A stretch of DNA of 64,000 nt from Tubiluchus corallicola. Lineage: Eukaryota > Animalia > Priapulida. The stretch is taken from assembly GCA_030141605.1 (NCBI GenBank), contig JAQGDQ010000003.1:2108001-2172000 (forward strand), given 5' to 3'. The translations under genes and the position numbers were made by a program. How positions within the stretch are numbered: the stretch's first letter is position 1; every line of letters begins with the position of its first letter. This document shows positions 16,502 through 30,761 of this stretch, piece after piece. The notes below the pieces were generated by a model. That model was not told the origin of the DNA, ran no database searches, and saw nothing but the letters and a program-made list of their open reading frames with translations.

Positions 16502-19500
16502 AAAGTATTTAGAGATTTAACTTCTTTACTGTAGTTATTTATTAAATTACATTAGTTTGTCTAGTCAGTTTCTAATAACATTTATTTGTGAGGGAACTAC
16601 AGGAATAACACGTATGCTAATAAAATGTTCGAAAGGAACACCTTGAAATGATGCTATTTATGAATATTTATGGTGCACATTTTGTGTGTATCAGGCAGTA
16701 ACAACACCTTGCCAACAAATTGCTGTAAGGTATGTTATAATGTGAATTATGCCTTTTGACAAAAATGCAGTATCTTTTCCCTGAAAAGTTGTTCCTGTTG
16801 GATGTACCATACCTTATAAAATCAAATAATTGCTCACCCGTATGTTGTATGTCATATAAATCAATATTAGGTATTCATTAAACTTCATCAATCTCAGTGT
16901 GTGGATAATGCGTATCAGTTGTACATAATGACTATCTCTCTTGAAGAAATGTAGACCATAAAAATTTGAATATGTGAGGGTAATTCTCCTCATTTGTAAG
17001 TACATTTGTTACTTGTACACCATATTACACATATGTCACCTATTGTCACCTTGTGTTAGAGACAGAGACGTGTATGAAGTTACATTGTATAAAAATAACT
17101 GATTGTTTTCTTGGGGCATACACTAACACTATTTGTTTAATACATTTTAAGTACTTTTTATTAGTAGAAGTAAAGCGGCAGGTTTGATGAGTAGATCACT
17201 TATCAAACTAATGCAGTATTTTAATTTTTTGTATTGTTGGTCCCGTACAGTGCGGAAAGTTAAACTATTTTTATTTTTTTATTCATATTTTATTCAATAC
17301 TGAAGTTCGTATTAATGGTCTAGTAGGTAATTCAGCAGCTTGGCTTGCAAATATAATCTCATATTAGCATGATCTGACTTGGTATGTTTAGTGTGTTGCA
17401 TTTCTATTGGAATTAATATTAATCATTACTTAAATAGATCTTGGTAATAGTAATGGCTTTAAAGAGTTACCATTGAAGGATTGCACTATGTTAGAATGTG
17501 TTTTTCCTTTTAAGGTGCTAGTGATAATTGTCTGTGGAATGCATATGTTGTTCTGGTAGCAGTATATGCAGTTTGTGTAAATTTGCTGCACCCACATGGT
17601 TGCCTCATTCTGTCAAATTCATCCTTTACCTACAGCTGACTTGCTCATGGTCACACAACAAATTGAAAGAACTGAAAGGACTGAATTGTCTAAATTGATT
17701 AACAGTAAATACAAATTATACTTCAGTGGAAACGCCTTCAACTCAATGTAAAAAACAGCCTGCCATTTGCCAAACTTGTTCTTTCTTTTAATTGTCTTCC
17801 ATTGTTTTGCTTCTGTGGTAAATTCCTTCTGTTTTTGCTTTATAATTTTTATATACTTCACTGCTACAAAGAAAGTTTAGGGCTTTCTGATAAATTCTCC
17901 ATGGTTAGTGATATAATAATGAAGGTATAATCTTACTGACATTAAGTAGAATAGCCATTGGAAAAACGTTATGATGCATGTTGTGAGAAAAAAATTATTC
18001 TTGTATAAAAAAACGAAAAAGCCTCTAAGTTATGTAAAAACACTTGAAAATGTTCGGACAATGCTCTGAAATATTACGTATCTTCATTTTTAGAATAACA
18101 TATTTAGTGGTTCGCTTGTCATATATTTCTACGATCAACATCAACTTCTCAATTTCACATTGAATTTTACTTTCAGTGTGACATTTACATTTAGTGTTAC
18201 ACCTAAATGTAATTTTGACACATTTAAATGTCTATAAATTCTATAAATGTTTGGATTTAATTCAAAGGTTTCAACCATTTTGTTTATTTGCTACTTTGAG
18301 ATAACTGTACAATGTGTAGGTAATTAGCAGCTTGGAACAACTGCCGCACTAGCTAGCGTTTTGTTTTAGTTAAATCGTAAATTTTCTTAATTTGAAACTC
18401 TCATTTCACGAAGGCTAGCGCTTTATGTCCTAGTTTTATGCATTACTTTTGTTTAACGTTGAATCTAGTATTTGTTTTTCTGACTATTTCAGAATGTTTA
18501 GTCAATGCTAGGCTGTAAGGTTTCACTCAACACCGGTGTTTGCAGCATTGAGAATGTTGCTTTGCCCCGCTTTCGCCTCTCCACTTCCTTTCTCATTTAG
18601 CCGCCTCTCAAGACTTTTACAGCTTAATTGACGCCACATACTTTTTTTTATTTCGTCCAGCAAAGCTTGCATAACGTACTTTTATGTAAATTGAGTAATT
18701 GACGGTTTATTTGTTTTTGTAGTTCTTGCCACTTTTGATTGATTTAATAATTAGTATATTAATTAGGTGGCCATAGTGGCTGCACTGCTGATCATAATTA
18801 GTAATTGGTAATATTTATTTAACAGTTTATTAATTTGCGTTTTGAATTGTTGTAACGTTTAAAACTATTGATGCAGTTATAAACATAAAATGCCGCCCTT
18901 TATATCGCGTGCGTAACGATAGATTTGCTTTCTAAACTTCGTTAAGTCTTCAAAAATTGGCAATATCTGCATTAGGTTCTGCACTTTGACCTAATGGTTA
19001 GATTGTAAATGTTTAGGTGATCACTTGCTTGTTAATTTGCCACTAGAACACACTTTGGGTTTATACCGTGACTGTTTGTGCTAAACGTGACGTGTGCAAC
19101 TCCATAAATCTGTATCAATCCGTAAGTCTGTATCGACGTCTTACATGTGCTACGTCGCAGCAATTTCCAGACACCAATCTTGAAGCCTATAATAGTGACA
19201 CTGCTATACTCCGTCATATACTTTAAAATGACTAAAGCAGTTTCTTACTTCTTGTCCTACTCGTCCAAACTGAGAATCTCTGTTATTCTGATTTGAGCAA
19301 TTTAAAAGAATTTGAGTATGATGATGCCCAAATCGAGTAACTTGTGAAAACCCGAGACACTTGGCACTTAGACTAAGTAAATTAAAATTACCATTCTGGT
19401 GCTCATAGATTGGTCATCTAATTTAAGTTTAATTACTCGTTCTTATTTGTACAATTTGCATTTATGAACAAATTTATTAATATTGTAATGGTATTAAGCG

Positions 19501-20643
19501 AAACATCACTTTCTTTAAATTAATGACACTTACTGTTACCACTTGTGTAATTTTAAGACATTTTGTCGGTTGCAAAGGGAGTGACTATTGTTCTTTTTTA
19601 TGTCTAATGTATAAAAAATAAACAGAATAGCCTATGAGCAGGCTTTAACTCGGTGAAAGTAGATCAAGATTAGTTAATTTAACCCAGCGTTTTTCTTGAG
19701 CTGCTGGCATTTATTTAGCGGTAACAAGTTTATATTTTACGTCAAGTAGATTGTTGTCTGTATCTATTTATTAAGAGACTGTAAAAACTAATGTTAATGT
19801 TCCTATCATCACTGTTATACAGTGAATATATGTTGATTACCTTGTAAATAAATCCATATCAAATAAAATTTAAGTCTGTTCGACTGTTTGATTATATGTA
19901 AGTGATCTCATGTGTGTGCTAACCTGCTGAAGAAAGGGACTGTTGAGAAAGTGTGAAGCAAAAGTCGAGATTCGAATGAAAGCTAGCAAATCAGTGAGCT
20001 CATATAGCTGTCTTTTCTTCAGGTGCACCATGCTTACTGCGCAGCTGTTTACTTTATCCTAACCACTTGCAAACGAAATTAAATTATAAGAGCCTGAAAA
20101 TTTTTGTCAGTATTCGGGATCGAATAGTTCTTTCGCATTCTGCACTGCCATTCTGATAGTCTAGACACGCGTGATATTAACGATGAGTTCAATTTCCTTT
20201 CCCGGTAAGATTTACCCAATCAAATGTTAATTTTATGTACGTGACCATTGCTCTTGTTGCACAGATTTGTTTCCGGAACGTCCGATAGTCTACTCTAGAC
20301 ACACAACACTCATCTGTGGATGCCTGACATAAATGTGATTCAGTCACGATGGGGGTACCCTATAGTCTAAACGGGAACTTTCATTAACTTTATTTTGCGT
20401 TAAGTTTCATCAACGAGCATTCGGGAGCATCTTTTCTTTTTTTGTATTTGCTTCAGACGAAGAACTTTGCTTCACATCAAAGGCTGTTTCTTCGACATGG
20501 GCGCGAATTATCCCACTTTGCAACTATGGCCAGATGGCATCCAATTAACTGAAAATTAACAAGCAGGCCAGCGTAAGGAAAGTAAGTCATGCATTGGTAA
20601 TGGCTTGGCTTCCAGCCTACACTATAAACAACTGGGTTGATTT

Positions 20644-21012
20644 ATGAAGCCTGCTGGTGAGGTGTCCGATACCAAAGTATCGAACGTTGAAAAATCGGGA
20701 GGCATCGTGGATGAGAAGTATATGTATGTTTAGCGGCTAACAAGACAGCGGTTAGACGACAATCGAAAACAGAAGTACAATCAGGCCTTGGTAAATAAAC
20801 TAACACGAATTTTACGTGGCAGTTTGTTGGCCACGTAATGGAAATACCTTGCCTTAGACAGAGCACAGCTAAGTGGTCACGGTATGAAATTAGCAACTGC
20901 AGCTAAGTTTCAAACAACGCCGAGTTTGGTCAGTAAATGGATGGATAACAATGCAGAAAACTATTTTAAAGTGGTTTCGCCTGGTTACTGTTGTATAAGC
21001 AGCAATACCTGA
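20644..21012 (+). pseudogene. Stop-interrupted ORF with an HTH-like segment, possible pogo/Tigger transposase relic
   Basis: One frame of 123 codons with two internal stops; contains KLATAAKFQTTPSLVSKW, resembling Brinker/pogo-type HTH helices. Confidence 0.3.
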
Positions 21013-21429
21013 TTTTCAATTGCTGCCGATTTACTGCTATATCGTACATGATTGTCCTTTATAGTAAAATAGGTTCTGGTCCTGCTACAACCAACTACAT
21101 TACCGTTAAATACTAGCTATCGGCTTGAAGACGGTAGCCCAAATAATGCTAGTGTGCAAAAAAAGCATACACTCATTCCAAAATAAGAAGGAAAACCTAA
21201 AATAAAAGAAGTGTGAAATATAAGAAACGCGACTGAACCTATTCTCCTTGCGGTTCTAGATAAAGCATTTTTCTATAGAAACTAGAATAGTCACTCCATA
21301 TGACAATATTATACTTTCCATATATAATCTTAACTTCAAATTTATTAAACAATGATAGAGTGAACCACCACTTACAAAATATTGGCATCTGAGATTCTGT
21401 CAAAAGAAATGGTGTGTAAAAAAAGTCGA

Positions 21430-21500
21430 GAGTGAGCCTGAATTTGAACCAGCAACTTTCAAGTTACAAATCTAACGTCTTAAACGGTGCAGGTCCTTGC
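21430..21500 (-). mobile_element. tRNA-derived SINE head (degenerate)
   Basis: The - strand reads TAAGACGTTAGATTTGTAACTTGAAAGTTGCTGGTTCAAATTC: an anticodon-arm-like segment plus a B box, with no intact acceptor stem. Confidence 0.45.
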
Positions 21501-24420
21501 TACCAAGACAGATCTTATATCATCCTTAATATTTCACCAGCAATTGTCATGCTATTGTAATTAATTTTTGTAATAACTGAATTGTGTCTAATTAATTTAT
21601 ACCCTAGAATAATTTGTCGGTTACTAATTCTTTATAATCTTGATTTCACGATAAAAAACGATGGAATAGGCCCACTATTATTTTTTTTTAAAAGTTAGCT
21701 GTTGCGATTCTGATAGCTAGTGAAACTTAACAAGTTCGACTCGAAATATTGGTTGAAGGACTCGTAGAACTCAAGATCTTGGATTAGAAATAACACAATG
21801 CCGCCATTTTGAATTAAAATTCGACTCGGTCAATCGATACGGAATTCGCTTAACTACATTTTTATATAGTTTCATGACAGTTCACTGCGAATTAGTGGAG
21901 CAGTAGACTTTCGAAAAATTTTTTTCCCATCATCCTGACAAAATGGTAGGTAGAAAATTCGATGCGGAATTCGTTCTAGCCAGTCTAGTGCATTCTTATA
22001 AGTTTTGTGACGATGCCTTGCAAATTAGCAGAGCTTTAGGTTTTTTTTGGAAAACTATGTTATTGCTGCCATCTATATTTCAAATGACAGATCGATAATC
22101 TGCCCATCGTCTGTCGATGCAAAACTTGTTCTAGCATATTCCTGTGATGCTGCATGACGATACGTTGCGACCTTGCAAAGCCTTGGGCTTATTTTTCGAA
22201 AATGATGTTTTTGCCACCGTTTTGAATTCAAAATAGCTGTTCGAATATCCGACTCCAATCAGTCGATGCGATATCGGTACATAACCATAAAATTTCGCGA
22301 CGATTAACTGCGATTTGGCGCAGCCTAAAGCTTTTTTTCAAAAACGTCATTCCTAACAAGAACAGCATTCAGCTCTTCGCGTCGAGCCTCGACAAAACGC
22401 AAAACAGTTTATTCTGAAGTAACAGCTCTGCCCACTCTTCCATAATTAGATAAATTTTGCTGTGGTCTCGCGTGGAGTGGGCGAAGGTTAAGTGCGAAAG
22501 TATAGCAACATCAAGCTTAGTTAATAAATATATAAATGGCAGCTGGAAAAATTGTTTCTCAGCAATTTTGTTTACCCTATACTGCTTCCTCATATATTTT
22601 TGTTGAGGGATGATACTCGTCCAACACCACTGCCGATTCACTGCTTTATCATAGAGAATTATTTTTGATATTTCGCTAGATTCCAGTTCCACCACGAACA
22701 TTCAACATTAGTAGCAAGATCTATCGCCGGATTTATACAATTTGCTGTGTATATAGGAATATATATTGCTGAGCGCTGGATTTCAGGCAGCTGTGCAGTT
22801 TGGCATATAAACCAAGTCTTATGGTGAAATTCACGCGTATTATACAAACTACGCGTAACAAATTAAGCATTATTTTTTCACACAAAAAGTAGCAAAATCC
22901 GTCATTATTTAACCCTAAAACAAAGTGCAAAAGTTGGGTAAAAGTATATATATTACGCGGCACTTTCCCATCAGATTACAGTGTCACATAAATTAAATAA
23001 CGATAATCAATGCGAAAGATTAAACGCTTTGTGTCGATACATTTAAAGCAGATAAATGTGAAAACAAAATTCGTGACTGAAAGTTGTAGCCACCGAAGGT
23101 ATATTTTTGATTGATTGTGACTTTTTCTTTCAGAAACATTTTACTCTAGCGAATGGAAGAAAATTCAGTGTCTTCGGAATTTATTTTAAATTTGGTGCGT
23201 AACATCCGCATTATGCGCATTTAAAAACGCGTAAAATTATGCGTAAACACGCGTATTTAAAAACGTGAATAATATTATGACATTAGATTCAGCTGATAGA
23301 ATCTGGTTGTGTCTGTATCATTCGTATCAAGTATTAATCTTTATTTCAAATTTCAGTTAAGTAGGTAATGGCTCCCTATGTTTCTCGTTTTAGCTGATAA
23401 TCTTCGTGTAAATCCGACCCTCAATGCCAAATGCTATTCAGCTGTTTCATTTTGGTCAGCTCTTGCAGTAAAACATGGTCAGAAATGCCAACATAAGGCG
23501 TAGAAAATGCACACCCTGGCATAAACATATGCTTGGCTTCATCTAGAGTTGTTCTCAATGTCAGATGCAAAGCTGCGTTCTGATTAAAACATAGCGCCAG
23601 TTTTGTGTCAAAAGCTGGTCAAGAGTGAACCAGTCCGGAAAAAAGTGATAACTTGTGAAGTTGTAGCTGTGCCGAATCGTCCTGCAAGCATTCAGGCTCA
23701 GGTCCATGGCACAGCCAGTCCAGTTTCAACACTGCTTGTACAGATCAATGCACAAAAAGCTATAATTATGATAAAAACTATAGGCAGTCATTATGTAACC
23801 AAAAACACCAATCTGGAACTTTGGTTACTCAGCTTATTTGGCTTTTGAACATTACTGCTATTCTGGTATACCTGATTATCCAGAATGCAAAAAAATTATA
23901 ATACCTGGGTGTTAGATGCTACTCTGTTTATTAAAATTTTCATAGTCTTAGTATTCGCATGGGGGCATAAAGCTTGGCATACACATCTCTATTGGGGTGC
24001 ATTTGGATTGGCAGTTAGAAAATAAAAATTCCCAGCATTTATTCTGCAACAGCTGCGAAGGCTATCTGTTTCATTTCATACTTTGTAGCAAGTTAGTCAG
24101 AACGGTTGTTCATAATGTTACTATATTTAAATTTTAAAACGTATGAAACGTCTAAAAGGCAGCCCGCAGTTCTGATGGTAGATAACGGTTAATCTTTATT
24201 GTGTCCTTATATAAGCATTGCACAGTAGGAAGTTCAGCAAACACTATTTGTAATTTAAAATTTATGGACGTTCTTTAAAGACCTAAAACACAGAAAATGA
24301 ATCAGTATTACAGTTAGAAAATCATTGAGATAATATAAGTTTTGAAAGAATGATCCTTTGAAAGATTATAAAATACCATAGCGCAAAATTAGAATAACCA
24401 GAAAATTCAACGTGGAGCTA

Positions 24421-24712
24421 TTCTTTCGTTTGTTCGTTCCATTCTCTTCTACTCTGCTTTTCTCATTCTCTACTCTGCTCTATTTGGTTTCGTACTGCCC
24501 TATTCATTTCATTTAGTTCTGTTCCGTAATTTCTGTTCCCTCCAATTTTTATGTTGTCTTCCGCCATTAAAATCTATATATTTTTTATTTTCAAACATTT
24601 ACTTTTCTTCTCCTCTCCCCTTTCTCTTTCTGCTTTCTTTTCCTACTCTTTTCCATTCCTCCTTCTTTACCGCTTCTTCCTTTCATTTTTCCCTTCCCTT
24701 TCATCCCTTTCC
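24421..24712. repeat. Polypyrimidine low-complexity tract
   Basis: About 290 bp dominated by C/T on the + strand (TTCTC/TTCC/TTTC units). Confidence 0.8.
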
Positions 24713-26178
24713 TGAAAGCACATGCTTATAAGTATAAAATATTTTTAGAAATATGCAAAGTTTACAACGTTTTCATTATACATCACAATTTTAAACATTG
24801 AATGAGTAGTTATTAAAGGGGGGCCGGTTCAATAAGCCTCATATTATTTAATAATAGATGTCGTCACGCTATGCACGATGTACTATTAAGACTTCACTAA
24901 CATCGATTACACATTGGTGTCGTACGTTCGCTTCACCATCTTCTAAAGTTGGTGTTTAGTTAAAAATACCAGAAGCTAGAAGACATCAAGAAATCTCTCT
25001 GTATTCTGTGAGAATTACATCAATGAAACGTATCTGTTGACAGCTCAGTCATAGAGTCTGCACTCTACATGTGTTAATGATCTATGCCATTGGAAATATT
25101 TGCTTTCGTAGCTAATATCAACAGAGTTTGTTTCCCAAATCTTTATAATCTTTGTTGATATTATTCTTTTGGAATGATTAAACGCCTCATCTACAACAAG
25201 GATTATGAAGACCTGCGACTTTATGGGAAAACTGCGTGTATTCGACCGAAGTAATTTTAATAGGTCATATTGTTATATGAAAATAGATCTTGATTTAAGA
25301 TATTTACCGTTGTTTTCCCACAAACAACATAAAATATTAATTTTCATGGCTAAAAAAATTATTGTATTCCGATCATGTGGGATGATTTACTATACCATCG
25401 ACCGATTTTCGGGCCATAAGAAATGCTATTTTGTAATCAGCATTATAGCATCAAAATAGCATTACGTTTCCATGGAACGCGCTACTAACTCGTTCCCACG
25501 AATTACGATTTTGTGGTTCCGATACACCGTCGCGTTCATACGAAAGTATACGTTGTGGTCGCAAAATAATACACTTTCATCTCTGAAATCGTATGCCGCT
25601 TTATAATGAAACATTTTCTATTTTACTCACGAAATATTTTTTTCGTGACAAGGCCGTATTTCATGGGAATATGATACGTCATCATGTTATTTTTCTTGAG
25701 TTCGGCAATGCTTAGAATGCGTAGCTTTACCTACGCGACTATGATAAGCCTATAATCAACATAATTTGTTACGTGCAGTAATTCTTCAAAATGAAATCCG
25801 CCTAGGCTAACATATATGAAAGTTACACCTATTTAGAACTGCCGTTTTTCTTTTGGGTAATTTGTTAGATGTGGTCACCACGCTATAAATTTTCATAAAT
25901 TAAGCGGAAATTAAGTCTGGATATCAGTCATGCATCCAAACATGTTGTTCTAATTTCCTATATGTCTTAACATTTAATTGATACAAGGCTAAAAGGTCTG
26001 GGTGGTCTACAGCTTGTGTATCAAAACAACGGTTACAGCGCTTAGGAACAACTGTATTGGATATTCTGAGAACTGCTTACACGATTCCGCCGACAGGTTT
26101 CTATACAAACCGTTGCACCCAAATATATCGTACTGCTTTGGTTTACGGTTACTGCGGCTGAGGGACAGCATAGGGATT

Positions 26179-26188
26179 CCCTATATGG
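26179..26188 (+). promoter_or_regulatory. Near-consensus CArG (SRF) box upstream of the MRLC first exon
   Basis: CCCTATATGG (one deviation from CC(A/T)6GG) about 150 nt upstream of the ATG, in a GC-rich promoter-like patch. Confidence 0.4.
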
Positions 26189-26331
26189 AGCTGGGCATGA
26201 GGTGCGGCGCTAGCAGCGGTCAGGGAAGCCAGCGCGGCGTTAACGTAGTGGTTTCTCCTCACTTGCTGGCTCCCAGGTCCTGACGGTGCTTCAACTGAGA
26301 TCCTGCCAGTAAGCCAACTTACAACACAACA

Positions 26332-29300
26332 ATGGTAAGTCTACTCTAATTAATGATTTAGTTTTCAAATTTTTTTAACATTTTGTTCGTGCAAATGCAA
26401 ATTTTTGATATGTGCTGACAGAAATTTAACACTTGCATGAATTGTAAACCTATTTTATATGCAGACACATGCTATGCAAGGGACGCAATTATTTCATGAA
26501 ATTAAAATATTAATAAACAATCAAAGTTTTCAACATAACATTACACGTCGTAACTCTAACTTTACTGTTATTTTACAATCTATTGGTTTAATAACCATGC
26601 AATTAAGGTTATGATTGTCCTGCATAATGTGAAACCAAGGTATTCAGTAATTCTTCATACTGTTATTATCAAGGACGTATAAAGACATCACTTTGGATTT
26701 CAAATTTAAGCTCAGTACTTAGGTGGGTGATCACCGGTAATTTTAGTACCGTACCGAGCGTATGATCTTTGCGTAACGATCCAAATATAATGTGGCGAGA
26801 GTAATGTTTGAAGCTGGTCCGAGACAAAACTACCCTATTAACGGGATACTCCTTCAACAGCTGGACATTTTGTTGAGTAGTTTTGAACTTTATTAAGGTG
26901 CGTCTTAAAGCAGAAACACGTAATACTTTTAATTTACTGTTGCATCTATTATGAGGGCTGAAAATGATTATAATTACTGAAATTATAATTATTTGCTTGA
27001 ACAGGATTGTTTTGAGATGCAAGCAAGGTTAAAGAGTACACCCTTTTTGTCTGCGCTTTTTAACTGGTGTTGTTTAGACAGCAAATAAAGCTAGCCTGAA
27101 AAAGCGGTTAATGTTTCAAGATTAGCTATCTAGCTTTGCCTCTAATTCTTCCTTCTCGTGTAAAAACGTCTCAGCGTTTCAGCAGCAGTCAATTCCGCAA
27201 ATAAACAGAAGAGTTAAAATGGCTTGATCCTGAACAGCAGGCATAGAATGAAAACATGCACTCCGGTAATTAAGCTGGCTTCGCACTTCTTAACTCGAGT
27301 TAACTGCCGCATTTGAATTAAACAAAACTTTGTGCAGTAAATAATGGAAAAAGGACAATTTTGTTGCATGAATACAACGTTTTTACTGTTTTCCTACCCA
27401 CTGAGCTTTTATTTAGATAATTTACTTTGACCATATGTGGAGTACTGCAGTTCAGTACTGCAGTACTGCAACCAAGCTTGTTTTACCTTTACTCCTTTGA
27501 CAGGTTACAAAATCGCATTGTAAAAGGCGTTTATCAAATATTATTACGCACTATTGCGTAAAAATTGTTCCTTTTCATTATTTTCAATGAACCCGTTTAT
27601 GAGACCTTCGTTATTGCGTTATTTTTTCTGCAGCCATTCCTATGGAATTATTTATACACAGCTGGATATACGCTATAACGCACTCCGGATGTCTGGTAAA
27701 CGCCGCTTTAATCTAATCGGGATTAATTTTAGAGTTCAGCTCTGCCGTCTCTTACTCAACGAAGATTTGTTGCTACGTTACTCTGCACTTTTTGTGTATT
27801 ACTTAACTAGAACAGTTTGGTCGCATTACTCGTTTTGTTGATGCCTTTTATGAGATGCGGAGCTGCAGCTTAAAACCCATTTTTTCTCAGACCTCTTCTC
27901 GGTGGTACTCTTTGTCGGTGTTGGTCCCTTATGAGGTGTTGCACTGGCTGTTTTTGGACCGATTTGTATAAACAGTTCATTGATTCATTGGTTCTCACTT
28001 TAAATTTGTTAAAAGCTGCAGGTGTATCCTGCACTTCTTTTTTAAATCTTATTTTGTTAACAAATCTTCAGGTTAATTTCACATCAACGCTATCGGCCTT
28101 CAATGGCGACATGTAGCTTCACAGTGATGCTTACAGAATGTATTAGTGGTTACCACATTTACTGTACACTTTGTCTTACTACACGTCAAATCTCATTGGC
28201 AAAAAACCGTTTTTCTAATTTCCACTAAACCGACCTTTATTAAATCCAACAACTGTTGAATAGTATTTAGAATCAGACCAGTCATAGATGAGACTGACGG
28301 GTATGCTGCTATGCAAACCTAAATACACTCAAACAAAAGTAGCTGCAATAAGCTGCTATTACACGAGATAATTGCAAACCTAATAATTTTAAACAAATAT
28401 CCAGGTGCAAAAGTATTAAGATTTTACTACCAAAATTCGTTTACTAACGTAATTTGAGGAAATTTCGTGAGAAACACCGCCTAAGTTAATTGGTGATACA
28501 TGGTCGAAACAATACTAGGTCTTTATCTTCAAATTAACAACCATTGTGCGTGACTGAGTATTGGAGCTATATTTGTATGTAGTTACATTCTCCCAAATAC
28601 TAGATTTTGAGTTTTAATAATCACAGTTTTAATAATCTAGGTGCTATCAACACTGCCTTCTCGTCGTTCACGTATGTCGGAAACAACTAAAGACAAGCAG
28701 GAAAGACCTGAGCATTTTAACTTTGTGATTTGAAAAAAGTTTTGAACTTAGTCCTTGTGCAGTGTAAACAGCGAAGTCAAACCCTAATAAATTTTATCGT
28801 TGCACACACCAGCTATGTTCTTTTAGGACCAATTTTAGAATAAATTATGTATAAAAAGTTGCATAGCGCAAGCCTAATTTTAAATTGACTAACAGTCAAG
28901 AAGTGATTTTAATGACAGTTGCCAATTCGGTGATTACTACAGTTCCTTGTTATCTCACAACACGACACACAAGCTTTCAAAAGTTAAAATAATTTTTTCC
29001 TGATTTTGGAGATCTTTTAATAATTAGGTTGAGATGAAGTCGGAGTGTATTCAACGTGCATTGTTAAGCCGAGCTCTATTACTTCTCCCGACACTAGTTG
29101 TATTTTTAACCGAACCGAAATGGGCAGGCTTGAAACCCTATCCCTTTATAGTTTGACTACAGCGTTTTGTTGTGCGAGTAATGTAGAGCGGTAAAGGAAT
29201 GTTGTTAGTGTAGTTCCGGACGGCAAGTCGAGTTTTCTATCACGGCGGCACGACCTGAAAAAAATAGTACGTTATTTAGACATTGGTACCGATTTCATGG

Positions 29301-30696
29301 GCATGATGAAACTATGAATAGATAGGGTGGTTGGAGTCGTTATTTTAAAGTCTCTCTTCGAAAGGCGTTTTCTGCAAGTGCAACCACCTTAAAAACGATT
29401 CCGATCAACCCTAAGCGTCCTAGCTAATTTGAGTTGCGATGGCTAAGTCCAGTCCAAAATAATTCTTTTGTGAATCTTGGGCAAATGCTAATTTGTCGAA
29501 CTTTACGCGTTCTTTTCAAGGTGAATATTAATAAAGATAAAATAACATTCTAAAAATTTGCAAAGACTGTTAAAAATCCCACTAAAAGCTACGGCGTGCT
29601 ATCTGTCGCAATACAAACGGTATATTTGACCAATTACCGTAAACCTGTAGCTTCTCTAGTTTACTGTCTTATTTCGAAGGAACTATATAGAACCCTGTAT
29701 GTGGACCTAATTAAGAGACAGGGCCTACTGACAGCTGCTTCAAAGCTGGCATTTTACCGGACTTTGTCTAAGCCATTGACATTAATTTAAAAGCATATAG
29801 AATTCATTGAGAATTTGCTGGATAAGGTGCTGATATTAGAAACAGATGTTGGATGGTTTTCAAGTCTTCATGGAAATGACGTGTTTCCTTGCAACTAGAA
29901 TTCATCCAAAATAATGATAGAAAATTTGCTACCTGGCTTATTTTAGCCATATAGTATAAACTCTGTATACGTTTATAGCATTATTAGGTGAAATGCATGC
30001 TAACTGTTTTTAAAATTTTTGATTTTCTTTTTAGTTTACAGATTTATTAAATTATTTATATATGTAGTTTACTGCATCGGATGAAAAATTTAGACATGTA
30101 ATTAGACACCCGAGTAATCGTAACCTATTTTCCCCGCACCGCCAATAAAACAGATTTTCTTTCGCAATTCTTAATCGATCATTGCCGCAACTGAAAGGGT
30201 TCTTTTTTGTCCCATCTCACCCTCCACAAAGTTTCGTGAGAAGGGTTAGTAGTTTTGCGTAATCGCGTTAACAAACAAACAAACCAACTAACAAACAAAC
30301 ATGTCAAGGGCAATGAAAACATAACCTCCTTGGCAGGATAATTAGTGAAAATACGTCAAGCAGGATGTCTTAAATGCCGTCAAGGCTTAAAAGGAACCAA
30401 ACATTCAATTGAAAGTCAAGCAACGAAATTAGAATCAAATAAATGGCACGGGTCAATAGTGTCAAGTTAAAATTATAAATAGTATCAACGGCTAAAAGCA
30501 TATCAAGCATTTGTCATAGATTTTGATGTTAATGATGATTATAATCGTCATCAGTTACGTCCGCTCTACGACAGTTACAGGCTTTCCTTTGATGACATTT
30601 AGGTCACTGACGCTATTTGGTGCTCTTTTTCGATTTCTTATCGAGAAATTTTTTACTAATTATTTTATTTTCTATCGTTAAGAATTATTGTTTCTC

Positions 30697-30761
<65 letters not shown>

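Noticed and set aside
16502-26000. Short ORFs (60-110 aa) in the intergenic region
   Set aside because: No recognisable domains, no consistent splice chain, and composition typical of random AT-rich DNA or TE debris.
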